The notes below the pieces were generated by a model. That model made no database searches. It was not told where the DNA came from and was given only the letters and a program-made list of their open reading frames with translations. DNA of 64,000 nucleotides, from the NCBI RefSeq assembly GCF_006345805.1, contig NC_042999.1, positions 112,468,001 to 112,532,000 on the forward strand, read 5' to 3'. The stretch is from Octopus sinensis (lineage: Eukaryota). The translations under genes and the position numbers were made by a program. This document shows positions 53,553 through 64,000 of this stretch, in pieces; within the stretch, counting starts at the first letter, position 1, and every line of letters starts with the position of its first letter.

Positions 53553-54071
53553 AATATATCCTCTTCTTCCTCCTCACTTACTTAAATTATATTCTTCTGT
53601 CTCTTCATTTACTTTGCATTATTTTTTCTTTCCTTCTTTTTTCTTCTTTTTGATCTTCTTAACCTTCTCCCTTTTCTCCTCTCCTTGATCTTCATTTCAC
53701 TTTCTCTTATCATCCATGCTTGATTTTTCTCAAATCGAAGCCTAAATTGACAGTTCAAACTGTTTTCTGTTCCATTAAGACGCCTCCTTCTGAGAAAATT
53801 ACAACTTGACAGTACAACACCTTCAAAAATCTTCAAATTACTGGCAACAGACCGCTAATCCCAGTGGAAGCAAAGCTAAAGAATTCTTTGAATCCAAGAA
53901 CTGACACAGATCCTTTAACTAAAGCCAAACAGGTATTCCTTTTGTTTGACTGTCAGCTTCACTCAACTTCATGTTTCCTTTATATTTTTCCTTCTTATTA
54001 TCCATACTCTGGCTCTTGTCATTGCTTGCCGTTGTTGTTGTGTTGTTGTTGTTGTTGTTGTGTTGTTGTTG

Positions 54072-54127
<56 letters not shown>

Positions 54128-54429
54128 CGTTTGTTGTTGATCATCTCAGTGTTCTTGCCATAATCCCTCTATTTTAACCCATTCAATAGAGATTTCTGTT
54201 TGTTTCCCACATACTTCCTTCCCCCCTAATCCTTTCTTTCTATAACCTTTCAGTTACAACTTTCTAAATTCCTTTCAGCATCTTCATCAAGTATATTCAT
54301 CTTTACTCGTTCACAACAGATTCTCCTGATTTATTCTGGCATCAGTTCTTTGTCTTTAGGATTATGCTCAATTATGCTTCATTTTTCCACAGCTTTTCAC
54401 AGTTGCCTTCATTTTCCCACCATCAGCTT

Positions 54430-54990
<561 letters not shown>

Positions 54991-55168
54991 CCTTCTCTCC
55001 TAGTATTTCATTCATATAACTTTATATTAATCACAGTATCTTCTCCATTTCTTTCAGTTCTTCATTACCAATTTTTCTTTCTCACTTTGTCTCTCCCACT
55101 TACACATACATGCTGTCATACACACACACACACATTAAAAAAAAATATATATATATATTATATATATA

Positions 55169-55213
<45 letters not shown>

Positions 55214-56021
55214 TAAGTTAGATAGAAATTATTCTTTTCTGTCTAATTTGACTGCATATCCTTATATACTCATTTCATTCTCTCACTCTCTTTCCTTCTC
55301 ACACTTTCTCTCTCTCTAATTTTCTATCTGTCTGCCTATCTTATCTGTCTATCTTTCTTTCTACACACACACACTGACATATAAATAAATACAGGTATAT
55401 CAAATACCATATAACCCATATGTATCAAAATTATCTCTGCCTCTAAAGGAACACAAAGAGTAGAATACATTTATGTCCTAAACCATAAATGTGATCTATT
55501 CTTTTTTGTATGTATCCATGTCCCCTGGCTACTTGAGATAGAGTACAACAATTATTATACTGATAATTTCTAATGAGCAGAAACATTTGAACAGAACTGT
55601 CTTACTTTTAGACAATATGTCTGTCCTATTCTTTAATGGCTTGTCAACTTCAGAGAAGTTTTGATTTTTTATATCATCTTATCTTCTCATATAGATTTGT
55701 GATAATTGCGATACATTTATATTTGTTCATATACATGCTACTGGCCACTCTGAGCTATTTCTCTTAGCTCATTTTCATTTGATATATATATATATATATA
55801 TAAATGTCAAATGACAAGAATGAGTGCTCAACACCGCATTGGTGGATAAAATTTCTTTATTTGTGTATGAAGGCTACCATTGGTTTCATGTTAAGAAAAA
55901 TATCTTAATATCTTAACAACTTTTCAAGTTAAATCACATGGAGGAATGGTGTTTGTTTCTATTTTGGATGAAAACACAAAAGAGACTCAGAAAAAGTTTC
56001 AGGAATTCACAAAAATATATA

Positions 56022-56159
56022 TTGAGTCAGTTTCTTATTACTCTGAGTTTCAACAGTAGATGCACAAGTTCTTCAGGTGAGTTGTTATGACAATCATAAT
56101 TTGCTGGAAGAATCTATGCTCCTACAGGTGAAATTCAGAATAACAAGAGACTGACTCAA
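56022..56159. repeat. Head-to-head inverted pair of decayed hammerhead-like motifs
   Basis: Arms 56022-56076 and 56104-56159 match at 44 of 55 aligned positions as inverted copies; each reads CTG(G)AAGA...GAAA.TCAGA.TA outward; central TTATGA-CAA-TCATAA hairpin. Confidence 0.65.
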
Positions 56160-56379
56160 CCCAAATAAAATATATTATTAATCATCACTAGAGCACTGAA
56201 TACTCTTTCTTCCCAACAGTTAAACACTAAATGGATACAGTATTATCATCATCATTTTATCTCCATTTTCCATGCTTGCATGGGTTGGACAGTTTTACAG
56301 GAGCTGGCAACTGCACAAGGCACCAATTGTCTGTTTTGGCAAGGTTTCTATCTCTCTGTCTTACTAGGTAGCTATTTAT

Positions 56380-56415
<36 letters not shown>

Positions 56416-56452
56416 TTATCTATCTATCTATGCATGTATTTTTGTATGTATA

Positions 56453-56488
<36 letters not shown>

Positions 56489-56520
56489 CTATATATATAC
56501 ATGCGTGTGTGTATATACAT

Positions 56521-57790
56521 CCCAGATGTAGAAGATGCATAGGAGCCATACAAACTACAGTTACTTGGGAAATGAATTTTTTTAAATGCCTCAGAGACTC
56601 ATTAGAGGTAGTGAATAATTTCTGCTGCCTGGGGGATCAAATTAGTAGTGGGGGATGACACATGGAAAGTATAATAACTAGAATAAGAATAGGATGGAAA
56701 AAATTCAGAGAGCTTTTATCTCTGTTGGCAATCAAAGGTTTCTCTATCTGAGTGAAAGTAAGATTGCATGATGCATGTATACAAACAGCAATTCTACATG
56801 GTGGTGAGACATGGGCCCTGAATGCAGAGGACATGTGAAGGCTAGAGAGAAATGAGACTAATATGCCCCGTTGGATGTTTAAATAAGTGTACATATTCTA
56901 CAGAATGCTCATGTATTCAGAGAGAAATTAGACATAAGAGGAATTATACACAGTGTGTAAGAGAGAAGACTGCACTGATTTGGTTATGTGATGCAAATGG
57001 ATGGCCAACAGCTCCATAAAGAAGTCCTGAATTCATGGAAGAGGGAGCCGCAGGAAGACATGGGTCAAGGTACTGAAGGATGACCTCAGGATGCCGAACA
57101 TTTCAGACAGGATGAGAAAGGACCGAGATATCTGGTGCCTAGCTGTACTCAAGAAGACCTGTCCTTCACAATAGAAGTGTTAGCTGTTCAAGAATTTGGA
57201 CCTGGAGATCTCCATTTCCAGCGACTTCGGGGGCCACCTCCCAGTGGTGTTGGGCGTCAACGAAGAGCTCTCAACTACAACAAGACGACCAAAGTTTTTT
57301 TCCAAGGTCTGGGGTCTCCCTCCCCTAAGCCCTAGACCATCACCTAATCACCCTTACCCGTCTTGTTGCTTAACAACAACAACAAGTAGAAGTGTTAAGG
57401 CTACTCACCTTGGTGAAAAGGATTATTCTGCAAGAGACTTGTGCAGGTGACACATAAAAAGCACTCAAGTTGGTGCCACATAAAAGTGCTCGTATTAGTG
57501 CCATGTAAAAAGCACCCAGCATACACTGTAAAATGGTTGGTATTAGGAAGAGCATCAAGCTGTAGAAACCAAACCAAATCAGACTAGAACCTGGTGCAAC
57601 TCCACAGCTAGTCAGCTCTGGTCAAACTGCCCAACCCATGCCAGCATGGAAAATGAACATTAAAGGATGATGAGGGCGACGACGATGATGATAATGTTGA
57701 TGATGATAAAGATGCTGATGATGATGAGGAGGACGAGGAGGACAAGGAGGAGGACGTTGACGAAGACGACGACGAAGATGATGATGATGA
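56521..57790 (+). mobile_element. 5'-truncated RTE LINE, decayed, with nested insertion
   Basis: CRRC...SLEVVNNFCCLGDQISSGG...RIRIGWKKFREL...ILHGGETWAL, then modular 3'UTR and (GAT)n tail. Confidence 0.85.
57183..57386 (+). mobile_element. 204-bp retroposed insertion with 11-bp target-site duplication
   Basis: TAGAAGTGTTA at 57172-57182 and 57387-57397; the insert ends in (AAC)n. Confidence 0.8.
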
Positions 57791-58063
57791 TGATCCTCTC
57801 ACCTTTACACTTCGTTTATCTTCTCATTTCCATCTTCTTTAGTTATGATATACACATGCTCAATTCGAGTGACTTTATAGAAGATGGCAAGCTAATAGGA
57901 AGCCGCTGTACAATCACAGACCCTAAATCTTTTAAGGTGATAAACTTGATCTGTTGCATGGTTTAAAATTATAAACATACATTGATACAATTTATAAATA
58001 TATTGTAAATGACATCTGTAACAGTTAAACTCTCACTCCCTTGAGAAGAAAACTCTATTAATC

Positions 58064-58685
58064 AAAGTTCCAAGGACGAGAATTCCTGGAAAATTCCGAT
58101 GATTTCTTGGAAAGTTCCGAGGATGGAACTTCCTGGAAAGTTCCGAGGAGGTAAATTTCCTGGGAAATTCAGATGACTTCCTGGAAAGTTCCGAGGATGA
58201 GAGACTTCCTGGAAAGTTCCGAGGACGATAATTCCTGGAAAATTCCGGGGATTTCGTGGAAAGTTTCGAAGATGATACTTCCTGGAAATTCCGAAGATTT
58301 CCTGCAAAGTTCCGAGGATGAGAGATTCCTGGAAAGTTCCGATGATGAGAATTCCTGCGAAATTCTGAGGACTTACTGGAAACTTCCGTGGATGAGAGAC
58401 TTCCTGGAAATTTCCGAGGATTAAACTTCCTGGAAAATTCAATGAGTCTGTCTGCAAAATTCCAAGGACTTCCTAGAAAGTTCCGAGGATGAGAGACGTC
58501 CTGGAAAGTTCCGAGGGTGAGACTTCCTTGGAAATTCCTAAGTTTTTCTGGAATGTTCCTAGGATGAGAAACTTCTGAAAAATTCCGATGATGAGAATTC
58601 CTGGGAAATTCCGAGGACTTCCTGGAAAGTTCCGATGGTGAGTCTTCCTGGAAAATTCTGAGGACTTCCTGGAAAGCTCCGAGGA
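58064..58685. repeat. Quasi-palindromic minisatellite, about 24 units of 20-28 bp
   Basis: Core (C/A)TTCCTGGAAAGTTCCGAGGA with an optional TGAGAGA spacer; diverged units. Confidence 0.92.
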
Positions 58686-58699
58686 TAAGACTCAGCTGA

Positions 58700-58918
58700 G
58701 CTGAGCACCAGTATCAGTATGATGAAAACATCTTATCTGTTGTTGATGACCATTTTGATCAACAGAAAAGCTTCTTCGCCAGTATGATTCAAACACTGCA
58801 ACTACTTATGGAAATGTGTGGAAAGTAAGTGGAACTATGTTAGAAAATGAACTTCATTTGGTCATATTCCATTGAGAGTGTCTTGCTCAGATTATGAACA
58901 TTTCAGCTGACCCTCATA
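58700..58918 (+). mobile_element. Mariner transposon 3' end, decayed
   Basis: Eroded transposase end VDDHFDQQ...SFF...IQTLQ...; terminal TATGAACATTTCAGCTGACCCTCATA resembles a mariner TIR ending in TA. Confidence 0.7.
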
Positions 58919-59585
58919 ATAATAAAAATTATTATTATACCTGCATTTGTTTTACTGTTAACATTGGAAAAATCCACATTTTTCATTTAAAAATTAGGAC
59001 CTGGTTTGCACTTCCTCAGCAAATTTTGTTGCTGGGCCACTGCATTGAAGAATTTTTAGTTAAATGAATCAATCTCAGTATTTATTTTTTTAAGCCTAAC
59101 ACTTATCCTATTGATCTCTTTTACTGAACAGGGACATAAACACACCAACACTAGTTGTCAAGCAGTGGTAGGGGACACAAAGACACATACACATAGATAT
59201 ACAAATATACATATATACAACAGGCTTCTTTCAGTTTCCATTTGCCAAATCCACTCACAAGGTTTTGGTCAACTAAGGCTATAGTAGAAGACACTTGCCC
59301 AATGTACCATGCCATGGGACTGAACCCAGAACTATGTAGCTGGGGAGCAAGTTTCTTGAAATATTATCTCTGCTGTCAACAAAGGGGTTCTCTCTTTAAG
59401 TAAAAAGTAGTTTTTGTAGTGACTGTGTGATTATGATGCTCACTTACCAACCATATGATTTCAGGTTCAGTCCCACAGCACTCTTGCACAAGTATCTACT
59501 ATATATCCCCAGGCCAACCAATGCCATGTGAGTGAATTTGGTAGACGGAAACTGCATGGAAGCCCGTCACACGTGTGTGTGTATG

Positions 59586-59635
<50 letters not shown>

Positions 59636-59927
59636 ATATATATATAATGTATGTAAGTATGTATGTATGTATGTATGTATGTATGTATGTATGTATGTAT
59701 GTGTGTGTATAGATATAAGTATGTGTGTATGTATGTGTGTGTATTTTTGTATTGGTGTTTGTCCATTACTATCACATGAATGTAAGTTAGTAGTTCAACA
59801 AAAAGGACTTATGCAATAAGTATCAAACTTAAAATAAGTTCTAGGGTTGATTTATTGAACAAAGCCCTTCAAGGAGGTGCCTCAGCATGGCCACAGTCCA
59901 ATGACTGAATCAAGAAAAAGACACAAC

Positions 59928-60355
59928 ATACAAAGTGCAATATTGCATGATAGTGAAACACAAGCATTAAATACAGATGATGTGCAAAGGATGGAAAGAA
60001 ATGAAAACACTGGATGTGTAATATTTGTGTGCAAGAAAAAATCACAGATGAGTTGACAGAAAAAGTGAGTATAAGAGAAATCAGTTTTAGTGGGTAATAG
60101 AAAAGATTGCACTGGTACAGACACATATATATGAATGATGATATTTGGGTAATGAAGTGCCAAGAGGTCTTATTGGAAGGAAGCTGTGGAAGAGAAAGTG
60201 CGAAATATTAATGGGCAGAAGTGGTGAAAGTTAATCTCTGGTTGCTGAACTTCATAGAGATAACAAGTGGTGAGATGCTCTCTGTGTTGAAGGAAGACCT
60301 GTTCAACCAACGCAAGCATGGAGAAAAAACAGATGTGAAATGACTGACGATGATG
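59928..60355 (+). mobile_element. RTE LINE fragment, decayed
   Basis: IQSAILHDSETQALNTDDVQRMERNE...KRLHWY and a residual tail. Confidence 0.7.
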
Positions 60356-62287
60356 GTGTGTGTGTGTGTGTGTGTGTGAATACACACACACACACAAATA
60401 GATTCATATAAACCCATGCTATTCACTGTCTATTATAGTTTATTATAATCCTTCTGCATAAACATATATGATATGTTATTTAGTGCTTTATGTCAAGTGT
60501 TAAGAAATAAACTAAATAAAGGGATCTAATTCTCACAAAAATAAAATTAGTCAATTCCCCCCCCACACACACACACACACACACACATGTACAACACACA
60601 TATACACATACATTCACACATAAACATGTACACCTACACTTACTAACTGAAACTAGTTCTCATGGCTATTGTGGTCAAAAACAAATCTTTTGAATAAGAT
60701 AAAAAAAAAAAGATATTGAAAAAAATTGGTTTCACTTCATAATCTATTCCTTGTTATTTCATTGATTCAGTTTTAAGAATATATTTCTTATATTTTATGA
60801 TTATCATTCTTTATTTTTCTTACATTTTCCTGAGTATTTTCCCTCCATTTCTTCTTTTCTTTTTGTATTTTATTTTACTGTTAATATTCTAATAAAAATA
60901 ATTTGAAAAATAATTGCCAAGCTAGATTACAAATGAGTTAACCAAATTTTTGACCGACAGCTATTAGCAGTGTAACATCTCAAACATCACAGCTAATTGA
61001 ACAAGATCACAAATTAATGGAACCACGTCAAAGTTTGAACAATCCATCTAGTTTTCAAACAAGCTGACCTTCTATTAGCCTCAAGCCACAAAAATTTTTG
61101 GATTGTGAAAGAAAGAAAAAAATAGAATCAATAATAAAATGAAATATAATAAAGAACACAACCCAGATCTCTAATTACAATATACCAGAGATTTTTGGAG
61201 AATTTTGCTATGCTTTGCTTTTATAATTATTTTATGTTGTTATTACTGTTGTTGCTGTTGTTTTATTTTTCTTATCTCTTTATTAGAGTGAACATCAATA
61301 ACCAGATAAATTCATCAAACCAAATTAGTGAAATAGATGTTCTGAATGACAGAAAGAAAAGACATATGATTAACTTGGAGTGGAGGGAAGTTGGGTGGAG
61401 ACTGAAGGAAATCCATGTGATATCTGAAGAAAATATAGAAAAAGAAATACACAAAAATTTAGTTTGGGATATAGCACAATAGCTTTGATTTGTAATTCAA
61501 GTTTGAAGGAAACTTTAAAATATTCTACCATCAAAGTGATTTCATACTTGTGACAAATTCACCAATTTTTAACAGTCCATTAGCTAAAATTATACAACAC
61601 TCAACTTAGAATCTACAGTATACTATGGTACATTTTAGGGTGTATTGTATGTATTGGGTGCAATCATTAAAAACTTATCACTGATGTAAGGGGCACTGGC
61701 TTCCAGGTCAGTGGGTTAATGCAATAAGCATTTTCAGAATTGTAGATACTGAGTCAGTTTTTAATTGATATTCCAAACCAAATCTTATACAAAGCTGAAT
61801 ACTATCACTGTTAAGTGATTAGTCTGTATGGATCAGCACTTTCTAAATGCATGTTGATTTTATTCAGTGCATACAAATTACCTTCACATTCTAGACTTTA
61901 GATATCCCTTCTAGTCATATCAACTGAGATGTGTGTATATAGACAGATAGATAGATATAGCATTCAGGAAAGATAGACATCGATGTTTCATTACTTTTGT
62001 GACTTATCAATACCACATACCTAACAAGAGGCCTGATGTAAGCTAAATCGCTGTCTATGACTATATGTAAAATGGTGCAAAAACCATCTGCTGTTATTGT
62101 CCCGACATTTCATACCATTGAAGTTATCTCACTTGTCTATGACTTCCAGGTGTTTTAACACCAAGTGAATTGATGAGAATATATTCTCCTACGCCTATAA
62201 GCGCAGCCTACTCATGAACTAGCAAAACACATGCCCTGTGTATGTGTGTTCGATATTGCTTATATCCCCTTCATATTTGAATATATA

Positions 62288-62448
62288 AATAGGAATGGCT
62301 GTAAGGTAAGTAGCTTGCTTACCAACCACATGGTTCCGGGTTCAGTCCCACTGTGTGGTACCTTGCATAAATGTCTTCTACTATAGCCTCGGGCCGACCA
62401 AAGCCTTGTGAGTGGATTTGGTAGACGGAAACTGAAAGAATCCCGTCT
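62288..62448 (+). mobile_element. tRNA-derived SINE family A head
   Basis: TGGCTGTAAGGTAAGTAGC...GGTTCAGTCCCACTG...GTGGATTTGGTAGACGGAAACTGAAAG. Confidence 0.8.
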
Positions 62449-62665
62449 TATCTGAATATATTAAAACACGGTTTTACCATTTAAATTACCAACTACTGCT
62501 AACCTTATAGCAAGGCCTATGCATAGTGAGGTAATACACCAGTAGTGCCTAAAGATATATTTATCCTTTTGACGGTTGCATAACCTCTAACTCTATAGCA
62601 ATTTTAACATATATATTTCTTACTAAGCAACATTAGCCTGAAAAACTCAAACATCTACTGGTAAA

Positions 62666-64000
62666 ATGGAACAAATAACAATAGAAGCATCATTAAAAGA
62701 TATACCGATTCCACCAAAAGATGTATATCTAAAAGAAGTGATTGCAAAATTAACAAACTTCACCCACCATTTACGATGGAAAGCTTTATTCTACGATAAA
62801 AATAACCAGAGATTACTTATCACAATAGCAAAGGCTTTTCCGAAGGAATTTTCAAAACTAGATAAACACGCCCACCAAACAGCCACCTGGACGCCTTTGA
62901 GAACGAACTATGGGATACTATTAAGAACTTAACATTTAAACGACACCCACTAAGGAATAATACTCACCAAAGAAGCTTAAAGGACCGACTACACAAACTG
63001 AAATCGCAAAAGGGAATTATTGTACAGTCTGACAAGACCAGGAACTCATATAATTTGGATATTAATTAATACTACCAGCTGTTGCATAAAGAAATGACTA
63101 AAAAATACAAAATAGTGCCTTATAACACTTTAAGATCTTTGAACTTATCTGCCAAGAAGATTATGACCACCAACAACATAGAAGAGAAAACTGAACCTTT
63201 CGCACCCTCCAGACCCTGCATAACAATTAAGGACCATAAAGAAAATTTCTTAACAGACATGAAAGTTAGACTAATCCGCCCTAATAAATCAGATCTATGT
63301 AAGCTAAGTAAATTAATCTTAGATAAATATATTCCTACTATAAAAAACAAAATCACTCTAGAATTAAGGTCAAATACCCACGACGTCCTTAATTGGTTCT
63401 CCAATATACAGAATAAAAATAGTTATAAGAATTACAACTCATCAATTAACCCTACGATTCTAAATAGCGTTCTGATGTTCGCAAAAAAACATGCAAAATT
63501 AACAATGAATGAAATTAAGGTGATCATAGAAGCTAGGAAATCTATAATAAAATTCGATAACAAACTATGGGTAAGGAAGGACACCCCTAATTATTCCGAC
63601 ATCATTATGGGGGTCCCGGACTCAGCACAGGTATATGATTTAGGGGGTATTTACCTATTATCACATTTACACGAAGAATTCCCAGATTAGAGGAGGCCTT
63701 TACAGAGACGATGCATTATTTATCCTTAAAAATACCTCAAATAGGAGACTTGAACTACTAAAGAAAAAATTATATAAGTTCTTTAAACAGTTTGGATTAA
63801 CCATCACAATAGGAAAAGAGCATAATTCTATTAACTATTTAGATGCCAATTGTAATTTAACCACTGAATTACATGAGCTGTACGTTAAACCGAATACCAA
63901 CTTCAAACACCTAAACTTTACAAAAAGAGGACTTGTACAGGCCATTAGTAAAAGAATTTCGTATCTCTCGCCCAACGCTTATGTTCAATAAGTATAAGGA
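62666..64000 (+). pseudogene. Penelope-like (Naiad-type) reverse transcriptase, frameshifted, runs off the window
   Basis: LRWKALFY, LDAFENEL, VQSDKTRN, ITIKDHKENF, VRLIRPNKS, MGVPDSAQV, GLYRDDAL, NYLD, KPN; several frameshifts and stops. Confidence 0.88.

Noticed and set aside
58062-58685. CRISPR-like appearance and 131-aa ORF of the palindromic repeat array
   Set aside because: No unique spacers, diverged directly adjacent units, eukaryotic context, no cas genes; the ORF only reflects the repeat.
62170-62195. TGATGA followed by the palindrome GAGAATATATTCTC upstream of the PLE RT
   Set aside because: Lacks the initial C and the GAAA core; cannot be supported as a ribozyme.

Overview
AT-rich, microsatellite-saturated animal DNA. 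The SINE, RTE and MITE families look like those of Octopus (recognition from memory, not a search). No host gene could be confidently called; a few isolated AG/GT-bounded exon candidates exist. Almost all listed ORFs are (TA)n/(CA)n/(TATG)n artefacts. The real coding content is transposon-derived: (1) a near-intact two-ORF CR1-type LINE at about 13.9-18.2 kb, with a PHD-like finger and 113-codon polyQ block in ORF1 and an APE+RT ORF2 carrying one 2-nt lesion; ORF2 has no start ATG and is joined to ORF1 by a correctly phased G GGA AAC -1 slippery heptamer; (2) a young 5'-truncated CR1-type RT at 39.7-41.1 kb (minus); (3) Penelope-like (Naiad-type) pieces: a GIY-YIG frame at 21.7-22.1 kb missing from the ORF track and a decayed RT at 62.7-64 kb; (4) six hammerhead-ribozyme-like cores at five loci, including a head-to-head inverted pair; (5) many RTE 3' ends, three tRNA-derived SINE families, several MITEs and a mariner end. 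Also present: a quasi-palindromic minisatellite built from STAT/kB-like motifs (58.1-58.7 kb) and a 188-bp inverted duplication (38.4-39.05 kb). Boundaries of degraded repeats are approximate.
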